Positions 48,601 to 59,350 of a DNA stretch of 64,000 nucleotides are shown in pieces (position 1 is the first letter of the stretch; each line of letters begins with the position of its first letter). Where the stretch lies: contig CAWFXL010000001.1 of the NCBI GenBank assembly GCA_963819815.1, positions 192,001-256,000 on the forward strand. The letters run 5' to 3'. The DNA comes from an uncultured bacterium (GTDB taxonomy: Bacteria > Babelota > Babeliae > Babelales > Babelaceae). A program made the translations under genes and the position numbers. The notes under the pieces are model-generated. The model was not told the DNA's origin. It saw only the letters and a list, made by a program, of their open reading frames with translations, and made no database searches.

Positions 48601-49757
48601 CGGAGCCCGGGAAGGGTTCCTGAAAGAATATAGTGGAGTGTGGTTCCACCACCGGTTGAACAGAAGGTAAAGTGCTGTTCAAGGCCGAACAACTTAACTG
48701 CTGCAACTGATTCCCCCCCGCCAACAACACTTACGGTGTTCGATTGGACGATCGCTTGCAGCAGTTTCTTTAATGGCTCTAACGTATCTGGTCTTTCAAA
48801 AAAACCCATCGGTCCATTAAAAAATAGCGAAGCTGCCGTGGCAATCTCGCGAATGCTGTGCTCTAATGACTCAGGTCCTAGTGCGATACACATCTGACCA
48901 TCAGCAATCTTTGAGGTGACCGATAAAGGTCCCGATAGATCTTTCGATCCGACCATGAAGTCGGTAGGCATAAGGAGCTTTCCCCTGCTATGGGAGGACT
49001 TTGCAAGGATCTCCCGTGCAAGGGGTAGCAGGTGATCATCTACAAGAGAAGTTCCTACTGAAATACCTTGAGCTTTCATAAAGGTACAAGCAAGTGGTGG
49101 AAGTAGTAGTACCGTGTCTGCAAGGTCGAGCGCTTTATCTACTGCGGGAAGTTTTTCCTGTATCTTTGCTCCACCCATAATCATAATAAAAGGCCTTTTA
49201 GGAGGACGCAGTTGACTTAGGGCTTGTAGCTCTTGCTCAACAAGTAGACCGATAGTCTTATCTTCTTGTGAATAGAGTTCAGGTAACAGCGTAATTGAGG
49301 TATCTTCATTTTCAAGAGCGCCCCAGGCATCATTAACATAGTACTCACCAAGTTGGCGAAGCTCTTGAGCAAATACCGGACTTCTTTCTTTCTCTCCTTG
49401 AGAAAAGCGTAAGTTCTCAAGAAGAAGCAGTGTACCAGGTGTAAGCTGAGAGACTTCCTTTTGTGCATCACTCAACGTAGGTGTCCACGTTATTGAGTAC
49501 CCCTGTTCTTTGAACCAGCCAACCAGATATTTTGTGGAGAGCTGCTCTTCATAGCCTTTTGGACGTCCTCTATGAGTGCCGATAGAGATGCAGCTTTTTT
49601 TTTTGATAAGGAGATCAAGAGTTGGTCGTAGCTTTTCAAGACGAAACGTATCTATGATCGTAGTGCCCACACAGGGTACATTAAGATCAGCGCGGAGAAA
49701 TACTTTTCTGTTGGTAAGATCAACTTCAGTAAGTGCTGAATGAAGAACTGGGGTCAT
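48588..49757 (-). CDS. pgk: Phosphoglycerate kinase, divergent
   Basis: RADLNVP, HRGRP, LLENLRF, GGAK, NGPMGFFE, STGGG, LPG; start overlaps the upstream stop (ATGA). Confidence 0.92.
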   Translation of the reverse strand: MTPVLHSALTEVDLTNRKVFLRADLNVPCVGTTIIDTFRLEKLRPTLDLLIKKKSCISIGTHRGRPKGYEEQLSTKYLVGWFKEQGYSITWTPTLSDAQKEVSQLTPGTLLLLENLRFSQGEKERSPVFAQELRQLGEYYVNDAWGALENEDTSITLLPELYSQEDKTIGLLVEQELQALSQLRPPKRPFIMIMGGAKIQEKLPAVDKALDLADTVLLLPPLACTFMKAQGISVGTSLVDDHLLPLAREILAKSSHSRGKLLMPTDFMVGSKDLSGPLSVTSKIADGQMCIALGPESLEHSIREIATAASLFFNGPMGFFERPDTLEPLKKLLQAIVQSNTVSVVGGGESVAAVKLFGLEQHFTFCSTGGGTTLHYILSGTLPGLRYLS

Positions 49758-50998
49758 ACGCCAAGCCCTTTTAATATGCGTAAGACGCGCATCGTTTGTA
49801 AAGAACTGTTTGGAAAGAGTCCTGCACACAGGCTCACAAAAAGAGCAAAGAGAGCTACCGCGGCGATTATGGTCATATCAAGAGTGGCTGGTACGTGGCT
49901 GACATAGTACACATCAGGAAGTTTAATCAGGGGATAGGTATTTAAGAGCCAGGTACAAAACGCTGCAAGTAGGATTCCACAGAAGGTGGCTGAGCAGGTA
50001 ATAAGTGTTGCTATCCATAGAAATACTTCTCTGATAGCTCTATCAGCCATGCCCATAGCTTTTAGAAGTGCAATGTCGACGATCTTATGCTTCGTATACA
50101 TATAAAGAAGAGCAATGATGGTGAGGCTCGCAACTAAGGTAACGAGCATTAAAATAATCCACATAGCATAACGCTCGAGTGTCAATGCAGAGATGAGAGG
50201 TGGGTAGAGGTCCTTCCAGGACAGCACCTCAAGAGAGAGCCTCTTCTGAAGTGATTGCTGTATCTCAATGAGACGTGATTCATCCTTGAGTGCCAATGCT
50301 ACTTGGGTAACCTGTTCAGGATAGAGCTGATTTACCAGTGCAAAGGATGCAACGATGACCTGCTCATCAAAGTCATGGATACCAGTTTTAAAGAGGGCGC
50401 CAATAGTTACCTGCTTGCGTTCAAGGGTAAACGTATCAGAAGATTGATCGGTATCGGCTTGAAATACGAGTGCAACCTGTGAACCAAGCTTTACACCAAG
50501 TCGTTGTGCTAGAGACTCTCCTATCGCTATTGAACTGTCCGTCAAACTGCCCCATGAAGAAGAGAGATTCTCTGTGATCATATCATGGAGGGTACTTACC
50601 TGCGCTTCGCTTGTCGGATCGATTGCCTTGAGTAAGCAAATTGAACTTTCGAGCGAGTTTGATTCCTGGCCCTTTGTGCTCGATGCTTGGATCATCACAT
50701 GATGAAGACTTGTAGGACTTGATGCGGCAATCGTATCATTATATTCGGTTTTAAGTACTTCACGAAGCTTTGCATACATAAGAGGTTTTCCTGAAGCATC
50801 GATGATCAGGTCAGAATGTACGCCCTTGAGCTTCTTATGGGTAGCTGCTTCAAATCCTTTCATGATAGCGGCCACTAAGGTTAGAGATCCTGTGCCCAGT
50901 ACGATGCTGATAAAGCAGATGCTGAGCATTGTGGAGATAGCATGCTCTTGCGAAGAACTTTTTAGAAATCGAAATGCAAGTAATAAAGGTAGGCGCAT
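49754..50998 (-). CDS. LolC/LolE-type (FtsX/MacB-like) ABC transporter permease
   Basis: LAFRFL, AIMKGFE, IGESLAQRLG, FKTGIHDFD, IALLKAMGM, DVYYVSHVP. Confidence 0.9.
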   Translation of the reverse strand: MRLPLLLAFRFLKSSSQEHAISTMLSICFISIVLGTGSLTLVAAIMKGFEAATHKKLKGVHSDLIIDASGKPLMYAKLREVLKTEYNDTIAASSPTSLHHVMIQASSTKGQESNSLESSICLLKAIDPTSEAQVSTLHDMITENLSSSWGSLTDSSIAIGESLAQRLGVKLGSQVALVFQADTDQSSDTFTLERKQVTIGALFKTGIHDFDEQVIVASFALVNQLYPEQVTQVALALKDESRLIEIQQSLQKRLSLEVLSWKDLYPPLISALTLERYAMWIILMLVTLVASLTIIALLYMYTKHKIVDIALLKAMGMADRAIREVFLWIATLITCSATFCGILLAAFCTWLLNTYPLIKLPDVYYVSHVPATLDMTIIAAVALFALFVSLCAGLFPNSSLQTMRVLRILKGLGV

Positions 50999-51078
50999 AA
51001 ACTTTTCCTTAAGAGTATTGCAATTTGGGTATAGTATACGACAAACTACCTGATGTAGGAACTGTAGAAAGGAAAACT

Positions 51079-51558
51079 ATGCAGTATCGTATAGCTCTTG
51101 GTGCTGACCATCGTGGATTTGCATTAAAAGAGCTGCTCCGTCAAAAAACAGCCTTTGGCCAACATACGATCGTCTGGCTCGATGAAGGAACCTATTCTCC
51201 TGAGCGGACCGATTATCCGCTATTTGCTCATAAAGTTATTGAGCGTCTTTTGAATAACGAAGTAGACTTAGCAATTCTGACTTGTGGATCTGGTATAGGA
51301 GAAAGTATTGCAGCAAACCGGTTTGCCAAGGTCTATGCCGGCCTTGTATGGCAGCCTGAGGTAGCTCGTATGGCTAAAGAAGATGATAATGTGAACGTCC
51401 TTATTTTACCCGCCGACTATATCTCTTCAGACACTGCCATTGCCTGTATTGAGGCATGGCTCTCAGCTACATTCAAAGGGGGGCGCTATCAGGAGCGTCT
51501 TGCTATGATTGAGGCCTATCATGAACAAAAACATGAACAAAAAAAGAAGGAGCGTTAA
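51079..51558 (+). CDS. rpiB: Ribose-5-phosphate isomerase B
   Basis: IALGADHRGFALK, DYP, CGSGIG..IAAN, NVNVL, FKGGRYQERL. Confidence 0.93.
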   Translation: MQYRIALGADHRGFALKELLRQKTAFGQHTIVWLDEGTYSPERTDYPLFAHKVIERLLNNEVDLAILTCGSGIGESIAANRFAKVYAGLVWQPEVARMAKEDDNVNVLILPADYISSDTAIACIEAWLSATFKGGRYQERLAMIEAYHEQKHEQKKKER

Positions 51559-51584
51559 GCTCCTCCTTAAAAGTTCTCTGAAAA

Positions 51585-52130
51585 TTATGCGCCTCGTACA
51601 AACCTTGGGTTTTCAGTGTTTACAACTGCCCTTGGGTTCTCATTGACGGACAATTCATTAACTGCTTCTGCAATTTTCTCTGCAGTTTCGATGGCCTTCT
51701 TAGACTTGGCATCTTCTTTATTGCTATCATTGTAGAGCTTATTGGCAGTATCTGAGAGTTTTGTGAGGGTGATGATAAATAATGGCCATGATTTCCATCC
51801 TTTACCTGTAGGGACATCGTAATACTCATCATAAGCAGCGAACATTGAAGCGACTACAGCTACCGCTGTTGTGGCAAGTGATACAGCATTAGAAGTGAGA
51901 ACCGCTGAACCGTTACCGCCTTGTTCACTTTTTCTTTTTTCAATCATCTGTTTGGCAAGCTGCGCGTAACTTTGCTGGACGTTTCTATTGACCGAATAGT
52001 CAGTATTATTGAGCGTTTTGAGTACATCAAGCTTTCCTTCTTCAATAGCATCCTTAATAAAGTCAGCTTTTGCTGACATTGAGCCGATAGAAAGGAGCGC
52101 AAGAGTTGCTGCACACAGTGTTTTCTTCAT
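51585..52130 (-). CDS. Exported hypothetical protein
   Basis: Probable start MKKTLCAATL after AAGGA; short tandem tail ENPRAVVNTENPRF. Confidence 0.78.
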   Translation of the reverse strand: MKKTLCAATLALLSIGSMSAKADFIKDAIEEGKLDVLKTLNNTDYSVNRNVQQSYAQLAKQMIEKRKSEQGGNGSAVLTSNAVSLATTAVAVVASMFAAYDEYYDVPTGKGWKSWPLFIITLTKLSDTANKLYNDSNKEDAKSKKAIETAEKIAEAVNELSVNENPRAVVNTENPRFVRGA

Positions 52131-52464
52131 GGTTTTCCTTAGATTGGAGTTGTACATATACTTATTATAAAAGTGTACCAGGTTCATTTTTTTTTTCACC
52201 AGGTCACCACATTTCGAGCCTTAGTGTAACGCAAATTTATTGATTTTCCAGTCTTTTTTTTTCGGTTATGAGGTTTTAGATTTTTCCCGTACTTTTGAGT
52301 CGATTTTTCACCTAGCTCATAAGCGAGTGCAATGGCGTACATTCTCATAAAAGCCCCCTGGTGATTCATTTTACTCTTTGCCGCACTCTGAGTATACTAC
52401 CCTCTATGGTTAGAACCATACATGTGCCTTATGGTACGCGTACAAATTTTTGTTAAAGGAATTT

Positions 52465-53928
52465 ATGAATACACTGAGAAAATCGATCTTTATCATAGGC
52501 CTCCTAGCTGCCAGTATTGCAGGCGCCTTATGGTATAAGTCCTCTTTTCAAAAGGCAGTTATTTCACTGGAAGCTCTTAAGAATAAGAGGAATATTGTGC
52601 CCATTGCCATTATAGGATCTGGGCCTGCCGGTCTCAATGCTGCTCTATATGGTGCACGAGCTGGGTTGTATACCGTTGTTTTTGAAGGGAAGGCTCCAGG
52701 AGGGCAGCTTGTAGGTACCTCCTATGTTGAGAACTGGCCTGGTATTCCTAAAATGCTCGGGGCTCAGCTTGTTGAACAGAATAAGCTGCAAGCAGCTACC
52801 TTTGGCGCTCTTATGGTTCCTGAAACGATTGCAGAGGTTGATTTCTCGGTATGGCCTTATATTCTAAGGACCGAAGATGGTCAAGAAGTTGGGGCTTTAA
52901 CGGTTATAATTGCGACGGGCTCTAATCCTCGCAGGCTTAGTGAAACAGGTGTTGTGAAGGGCGAATCAGAGTATTGGGGCTATGGCGTATCGAGTTGTGC
53001 CATCTGTGACGCACCTTTTTATAAAGGGAAGAACGTTGTTATTATAGGGGGTGGTGACTCTGCTATTGAAGAAGCGACTTTATTAACTGCCTATGCAGAT
53101 AAGGTGACCATACTCGTTCGTGGAACGCAGCTGCGTGCTGCAGCTGTTATGCAAGCACGGCTTAAGGACAATCCTAAAATTAACGTACTCTTCCATACTA
53201 AAGTGTCTGAAGTTCTTGGAGATGGTAAGGTGGTAACCGGTGTTCGCCTTACAGATACCCAAGAGAACAAGAGCTATGATCTTGAAACCGACGGTGTATT
53301 CCTTGCCATAGGGCATTTACCCAATACAGCACTCTTTAAAAAATCTATAACGCTTGATAAACTTGGCTATATTACGTTAAAAGATCGATCTCAAAGAACG
53401 AATCTGCCCGGCGTTTTTGCAGCAGGTGATGTGGCCGATCCTCGTTACCGCCAAGCAGGAGTCGCAGCAGGTGATGGTATTAAGGCAGCGCTTGAAGCGA
53501 TAGAGTTTCTTCAGGAACATGGCTTTACGGGTACGGTAGCTCAGAAGTTTGAAAAAAGCTATTATGATTCAACTCCTGAGGCGAATCTTATCGATCTTAC
53601 CCCAGTAACCTCGGGCCGACAGTTTGATGATCTAGCCTCAAAAAACAGCTGGGTTGTCGCCGAGATAGGTGCTGAAAACTGTGCAAGTTGCAGTACCTTG
53701 CTTCCTATAGTACGCTCCGTAGGCACAAAACTTGCTGATAAGGCAAAGTTTATCTATATCGACTTGACCGAGCAACCTACAGATCTTATTGAACGTTTTA
53801 AACTGACCTCTGTTCCCGCAATTCTCATCTTCAAGCAGGGTACACTCATAGCGCGTTACGATCAGCAGCTCTTTTCAAAACGTGAACTCTATACTATTCT
53901 TACCGCGCTGATTGCAGAAAAGGTTTAA
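52465..53928 (+). CDS. trxB: Thioredoxin reductase fused to a C-terminal thioredoxin domain, with an N-terminal hydrophobic anchor
   Basis: IIGSGPAG, GGQL, CAICD, IGGGDSA, VFLAIGH, GVFAAGDV; C-terminal ENCASC...SVP. Confidence 0.92.
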   Translation: MNTLRKSIFIIGLLAASIAGALWYKSSFQKAVISLEALKNKRNIVPIAIIGSGPAGLNAALYGARAGLYTVVFEGKAPGGQLVGTSYVENWPGIPKMLGAQLVEQNKLQAATFGALMVPETIAEVDFSVWPYILRTEDGQEVGALTVIIATGSNPRRLSETGVVKGESEYWGYGVSSCAICDAPFYKGKNVVIIGGGDSAIEEATLLTAYADKVTILVRGTQLRAAAVMQARLKDNPKINVLFHTKVSEVLGDGKVVTGVRLTDTQENKSYDLETDGVFLAIGHLPNTALFKKSITLDKLGYITLKDRSQRTNLPGVFAAGDVADPRYRQAGVAAGDGIKAALEAIEFLQEHGFTGTVAQKFEKSYYDSTPEANLIDLTPVTSGRQFDDLASKNSWVVAEIGAENCASCSTLLPIVRSVGTKLADKAKFIYIDLTEQPTDLIERFKLTSVPAILIFKQGTLIARYDQQLFSKRELYTILTALIAEKV

Positions 53929-54191
53929 AAGAACTTTCAGATTGAAAGAGTTCGTTAAACGGCTTGGATATACCTATGGGTACATCAGCTCTGAGTTCGA
54001 GCTTGTGTTCCTTGTATCTCTAACACTGAAATGCATTGTTGTGCTCTTTCTTCTTAAAAACTCTCACCGTGACGTGTTTTGCACCCCATTTAGAAACCTT
54101 CAAAAAATCAATCGCTTAGTATTGCAATCTGCAATTTAAAAGTGATAATCTTAATCATGCATATGGTTTTGAATGGGGTGAAGGAGCATCG

Positions 54192-55283
54192 ATGTTTGGC
54201 AAAATGATGCTTATGTTTAGCATAACTGGCCTGGTAATGGCGGCATCTGGTAAAGGGCCAATGGTTCATGTGTGTGATAGTAAGCTGAAGGGTAGTAAAT
54301 TACTTGATGGGGTTACCGAAGAGTGTGTTACGTTCTTTTCTCGTGAAAGTCTCGATTCAGATAAGGAGTTGGCAAGAAAAGGTGTGGTGATTAAGCGACC
54401 AGACGCGAAGGCGACCGTGTTAATTTGTCATGGCTTTAAGTGTGATAAGTATGATGTAAGCTTTTTGCATATGCTTTTTAATGAGTATAATAGCATGGCG
54501 TTCGATTTTAGGGCACATGGTGAAGATAAGGAGGGGCAGTGCTGCACCTTTGGAAGGGATGAGTCCTACGATGTCATTGCAGCAGCTGAGTATATAAAAA
54601 ATGATCCCGAGCTTAAAAAAGTACCTCTTATCGCCTATGGATTTTCAATGGGAGCTTCTTCAGCAATTATAGCTCAGGCTCGTGAGCGAGATCTTTTTGA
54701 TGCGATGATTCTCGATTGTCCCTTCGATTCAAGTGATAAGCTGTTAGATCGGGGACTTGCCCAACTGAAAGTTACTGTGTTTGGGTATGAAATGCCGATG
54801 CCCGGCTCTGGCTGGTTAAAAAGCTACGGCTATAGTCCCTATGTCCAGACCGCTCTTAAAAACATCTTAAAGACTTTTACAAACTTCGGGGCAGAAGACA
54901 TTGTCGTTAACTTCGTGCCAGTCTATCCTGAAGAGGCGATTAAATATGTTGATATTCCCTGCTTTTTTATTGGGTGTATCAATGATTCAAAAGCTCCTGA
55001 AGAGGCAGTACTAAAGGTGTATGAAGGAGCGAAAGGATTTAAGCGTTGCTGGATAGATACTGATGGCAGAAAGCATTACGATACTATCTTTAGACAGATG
55101 CACCAATACTTTTATAAGGTTGACCATTTTATTAAGATCATTTTAGATGGCTCCTATAAGAAAAAGGTACCGGCTAAGATCAGAAAAGATAAACCGGAGT
55201 GTATTCTGACTCCAGGTACCACTACGACACCTACTTTTTCAAAAGGGAATCCTAAGAAAAATCCTTTAGGCAAACGTTTGTAA
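54192..55283 (+). CDS. Alpha/beta hydrolase, exported
   Basis: ICHGF, FDFRAHG, YGFSMGA nucleophile elbow, ILDCPF. Confidence 0.88.
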   Translation: MFGKMMLMFSITGLVMAASGKGPMVHVCDSKLKGSKLLDGVTEECVTFFSRESLDSDKELARKGVVIKRPDAKATVLICHGFKCDKYDVSFLHMLFNEYNSMAFDFRAHGEDKEGQCCTFGRDESYDVIAAAEYIKNDPELKKVPLIAYGFSMGASSAIIAQARERDLFDAMILDCPFDSSDKLLDRGLAQLKVTVFGYEMPMPGSGWLKSYGYSPYVQTALKNILKTFTNFGAEDIVVNFVPVYPEEAIKYVDIPCFFIGCINDSKAPEEAVLKVYEGAKGFKRCWIDTDGRKHYDTIFRQMHQYFYKVDHFIKIILDGSYKKKVPAKIRKDKPECILTPGTTTTPTFSKGNPKKNPLGKRL

Positions 55284-55544
55284 GTATGTCTCACAGCATT
55301 GATGGGAAGTGGTGAGCATCAGCAAAAAGAGTTGCTTACCTCATGAGTATGAGAATTGTTAAGCAGAGATTCTCGTAAAGACATACTCTTGAAAATCAAA
55401 AATTTCCATTTCTTTGCAACATTCGCAAGTTAGCATGCGTCTTTTTAGGTTGCTTGAAAAAGTTTCATCTCCCACCAAAAAAATCCTCCCATCAGAGTAC
55501 TCTTGTGATATACTTTAAAAAAAGATACCGATGAAAGGCCCTCT

Positions 55545-57071
55545 ATGATACAGATTTCTCTTGTTACCAATGACATTATCGATCGTTACTCTGATGCATA
55601 TGTATTTTTCTGTCGCCATGATTTTGACTTCGCACGTCTGTCTGCGACCGCTGGACACCTGTATGCTCCCTACGAGCAAGCGGTGAAGGAGCGGGGCTTT
55701 ACCGGTAAGGCAGGAAGTTCTCTGCTATTAAATGGTGTCTATAAAGGAAAGCCGGTCTACCTTGTTTTTCTCGGGCTTGGCGATATGCCTCATAAAAAGC
55801 CCGGCGGAAGTATCGAAGTATACCGTCGAGCTCTTGGAAGGCTGATACGCTTTGCTGAAGGCCATAAATTTTCTAGTTTTACCTTTGATTTACCAGATCC
55901 TGCAGTCCTTAATCTTTCGTATCGCCACCTTGCTGAAGAGACCTCTACCTTTCTTCATAAAGCTTCCTACCATTTTGATCAGTTCATTACCAATAAAGAG
56001 CGCACCTATCATTGGTCAATGAATGCAGTCATAGGAGCTCCTAAAAACTATGAAGCTGAAGTACAAGAAGGTCTTAACCGAGGTCTCTGCTTTGCGGATG
56101 CGCTCACGTTAGCACGGACCTGGTGTGATATGCCTCCTTCACATCTTCCTCCGGTGACCCTTGCAAAAGAAGCTGTCGCAAAGGCAAAAGAGTATGGCTT
56201 GACGACTACTATTCTTGATAAGAAGCAGATTGACAAGTTGGGAATGGGTGGTATTGAAGGGGTTTGCCGTGGATCGGTCAATGAACCGTGCATGGTAATT
56301 ATCGAATATAAAGCGGCTAAAAAAGATGCCCCCACTATTGCTCTTGTAGGTAAAGGAGTAACATTCGATACCGGTGGGCTCTGTATTAAACCTGCTGCAA
56401 GTATGCTTACTATGAAAGATGACATGGCTGGTGCTGCGGTGGTTCTTGCAACCATGAACGTGATAGCACAGTTAAAGCCTGATGTGAATGTAGTTGCCAT
56501 AGCGCCTCTCGTTGAAAACATGCCAAGCGGGTCTGCCATAAAGCCAGGCGATGTTCTCAAGACGTACAATGGAAAAACGATTGAAGTAATCGATACCGAT
56601 GCAGAAGGGCGTCTTATTTTAGCAGATGCACTGGCGTATGCTGCTGATGTCTATAAGCCTGTAGCTATGATCGACTTAGCAACGCTTACAGGAGCGATAG
56701 GTGTTGCACTTGGTGTGTTTTATGCTGGACTTTTTACCCAGCATGATGAACTCGCTGAGCGGGTTATTGATTCTTCCATACGAACGGGAGATCAAGTATG
56801 GCGTTTGCCTCTTGATGATGACTATATTCCTGCTATCATCTCAGATATTGCCGATGTAAAAAACATTGGCGATAGAAAGTATTTAGGATCTTCAATTACT
56901 GCAGCACTCTTTCTCAAAGAGTTCACTGGTGAGGTCCCTTGGGTGCATCTTGATATTGCCTCAGTAGCCTTTGGAGTACCCGATCTTTCGTACCTTCGAT
57001 CAGGTGCAACAGGATTTGGAATTAGGCTGTTAACAGACCTCGTTATGCAGTGGAAACCTTTTAAAGGATGA
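55545..57071 (+). CDS. pepA: M17 leucyl aminopeptidase
   Basis: VGKGVTFDTGG, MKDDMAGAA, DTDAEGRLILADAL, ATLTGA, WVHLDIA, ATGFG. Confidence 0.96.
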   Translation: MIQISLVTNDIIDRYSDAYVFFCRHDFDFARLSATAGHLYAPYEQAVKERGFTGKAGSSLLLNGVYKGKPVYLVFLGLGDMPHKKPGGSIEVYRRALGRLIRFAEGHKFSSFTFDLPDPAVLNLSYRHLAEETSTFLHKASYHFDQFITNKERTYHWSMNAVIGAPKNYEAEVQEGLNRGLCFADALTLARTWCDMPPSHLPPVTLAKEAVAKAKEYGLTTTILDKKQIDKLGMGGIEGVCRGSVNEPCMVIIEYKAAKKDAPTIALVGKGVTFDTGGLCIKPAASMLTMKDDMAGAAVVLATMNVIAQLKPDVNVVAIAPLVENMPSGSAIKPGDVLKTYNGKTIEVIDTDAEGRLILADALAYAADVYKPVAMIDLATLTGAIGVALGVFYAGLFTQHDELAERVIDSSIRTGDQVWRLPLDDDYIPAIISDIADVKNIGDRKYLGSSITAALFLKEFTGEVPWVHLDIASVAFGVPDLSYLRSGATGFGIRLLTDLVMQWKPFKG

Positions 57072-57142
57072 TTTTTTTTTGAGAACTCTTGCAGGTTGGA
57101 ACGAAGATAGCGTAGAGTTACCTTATGCAAGGGGGCTCTTTC

Positions 57143-57844
57143 ATGCAAAAGTATTTCGTGGTTCTTTTAACATTTCTTGTTATGTGTTCTTCAATCCAAG
57201 CCAAGCATATGGATGGAGTAACTTTTACTAGTCCCCGTAAGGTTCTTGCCTTATATCAGCTGATGAAAGATGTGCATGAACTTTTTGAGGCAAAGAAGAT
57301 CAGTTATTGGATAGATAGCGGTACTCTCCTAGGTGCCGTACGTCACAAGGGTATTATACCGTGGGACACAGATCTTGACCTCTGTATTGACAAGCATGAT
57401 GAGGAAAGGCTTCTTGATCTCAAACCACTTCTTGGGAAACTAGGGTTAACATTGGTATCGAAGACCTTTGGCTGGACGATCAAAGCAAAGGGAGGTTTCT
57501 GTGATATCTTTCTGGTGAGCAAGAGAAAAGGGACGTATATCTATGCTGATAAGCCAACCTCGACCTACTTTGCAAAACGGGATGATGGTCCTATTTATTA
57601 TACACAGGATGAACTATTTCCTCTTAAGCAGTATCCTTTTGGGGATCTGGTGGTCTGGGGTCCGCAGGATCCCTATCCGTATCTTGATAATTACTACAAA
57701 GGGTGGCGAACGACAGCCAAGTTTCTTGAGAGTCATAGGACCTACAGTTACTCGCCAAAAACGGTTGTGCTTACTGAGGATGATACAGTGCCTGCCCAGC
57801 CGCTGGGGCCTTTAGAAAATCGCGTAAGCAAGATTGTGAAATAA
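57143..57844 (+). CDS. LicD family phosphotransferase/nucleotidyltransferase with signal peptide
   Basis: YWIDSGTLLGAVRHKGIIPWDTDLD, DIF, ELFPL, YLDNYY..W. Confidence 0.9.
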   Translation: MQKYFVVLLTFLVMCSSIQAKHMDGVTFTSPRKVLALYQLMKDVHELFEAKKISYWIDSGTLLGAVRHKGIIPWDTDLDLCIDKHDEERLLDLKPLLGKLGLTLVSKTFGWTIKAKGGFCDIFLVSKRKGTYIYADKPTSTYFAKRDDGPIYYTQDELFPLKQYPFGDLVVWGPQDPYPYLDNYYKGWRTTAKFLESHRTYSYSPKTVVLTEDDTVPAQPLGPLENRVSKIVK

Positions 57845-57856
57845 ACGACTAAGTAG

Positions 57857-58987
57857 TTAAATATGTATATGAGCCTTGTAAGGCTCTTCATGATTGTGAG
57901 CAACAAAGTTCATAATCAATCCAAGCATCGCTACATTACAAAGAAGCGCTGACATTCCGTAGCTGATAAAGGGGAGCCCTAATCCTTTGGTGGGCATGAG
58001 CCCCGTGGCTACAAAAAGATTGATAAGTGCCTGGAGACTTGTGAGAAGTACAAACCCGATGGTGGTGTAATAGCAAAAGGGGTCATGAAGGCTGCGAGCA
58101 ATCTTTAAACCGGTATACAAAAAAAGAATATACAATCCTATTAATGCTGAAGCTCCAATGAATCCCGTTTCTTCTGCGATAATCGAAAAGATGAAGTCAG
58201 TATGCTGCATCGGTAGATAGAAAAACTTCTGCTTCGATTGAGCGATACCAACTCCAGTAACCTTCCCCGATCCGATAGCAATAAGTGACTGAATTATCTG
58301 AAACCCAGCTCCCTGAGGGTCATCCCAGGGGTTGAGAAAAGCAAGTACCCTCTGAAGTCTGTAGGGCTTAAGCCAGACGAGTAATCCTGCAACAGGTATC
58401 AGTGGCCCAATAGTTAGTGCTAAATGGAGTAACCGACACTGAGCGATATACAGAAGTAAAAATGAGGTAAGCGAGAGCGTAACTGCCTGTCCAAAATCGG
58501 GCTGTTTTAATAAAAGTAGGGCGGTTGCACCAAGGACGCAGAGAATCGGTAAATAGCCTCGTGTAAACGATGTGAGTCGGTACTGTTTTTTTGCAAGCAG
58601 GTAACCAAGGTAGACGATGAAAGACATTTTAAGGGCCTCGCTCGGTTGAAACCCAAATCCCGCGATATAGATCCAGCGCTGTGATCCGTGAATCGATTGA
58701 CCCATGCCAGGCATGAAGGTCATCAGAGTAAGCATCACGGTTCCTAAGAACACCCAAGGTACCCACATCTTAATTATGTAGAGGGGAATCAGGCGTATGA
58801 TAATGATGGCGATAAATCCGAGAACAAGACCAGTTAACTGCTTACGAAGATAATAGTCAGCAGATCCAAGCCGTTCAAGTGCATAGACGGAGCTTGAAGA
58901 ATAGATAAAGACCATGCCAATGATGATGCAGATCATGGTGATGCACATAAAGGAAAATAGAGTCGAACTATTTTTTGCGGTTATCAT
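57857..58987 (-). CDS. ftsW: SEDS family peptidoglycan polymerase FtsW
   Basis: IYSSS, GSQRWI, FQPSE..K, KQPDFG, GFQIIQSLIAIGSG, KFFYLP.QHTDFIF, PTKGLGLPFISYG; start MITAK at 58987. Confidence 0.93.
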   Translation of the reverse strand: MITAKNSSTLFSFMCITMICIIIGMVFIYSSSSVYALERLGSADYYLRKQLTGLVLGFIAIIIIRLIPLYIIKMWVPWVFLGTVMLTLMTFMPGMGQSIHGSQRWIYIAGFGFQPSEALKMSFIVYLGYLLAKKQYRLTSFTRGYLPILCVLGATALLLLKQPDFGQAVTLSLTSFLLLYIAQCRLLHLALTIGPLIPVAGLLVWLKPYRLQRVLAFLNPWDDPQGAGFQIIQSLIAIGSGKVTGVGIAQSKQKFFYLPMQHTDFIFSIIAEETGFIGASALIGLYILFLYTGLKIARSLHDPFCYYTTIGFVLLTSLQALINLFVATGLMPTKGLGLPFISYGMSALLCNVAMLGLIMNFVAHNHEEPYKAHIHI

Positions 58988-59350
58988 CGTAGGTCCTTTC
59001 CTTTCACCACTGTACATTGAAATGAGTACAAGTGGAAGATCTTTTTTTGCAAGATGTTCCGATAGCGATAAAGATACGTTCGTACAAAAATCGTTCTCTC
59101 TTTCTGTTCCCCATGATTTTTTTTCAAGCAGTAGTTGTGCAGTTTTGCTTTGAACGAACTTTTTTATTAACGTACGATCTTCTTGCTTAACGAAGTTGCA
59201 CTGCATGCTTACAAAAAAATGCAAAACTCTTGCAATTCAATTTTTGAATGTGATACCGTGTGTGAAATTGATGTGGAAGCAAACCAGTTTTCATCAAATG
59301 GTACCCAAGAGTGCATTTTGAAAACACATACTAATAAAAGGAGTAGTTGT

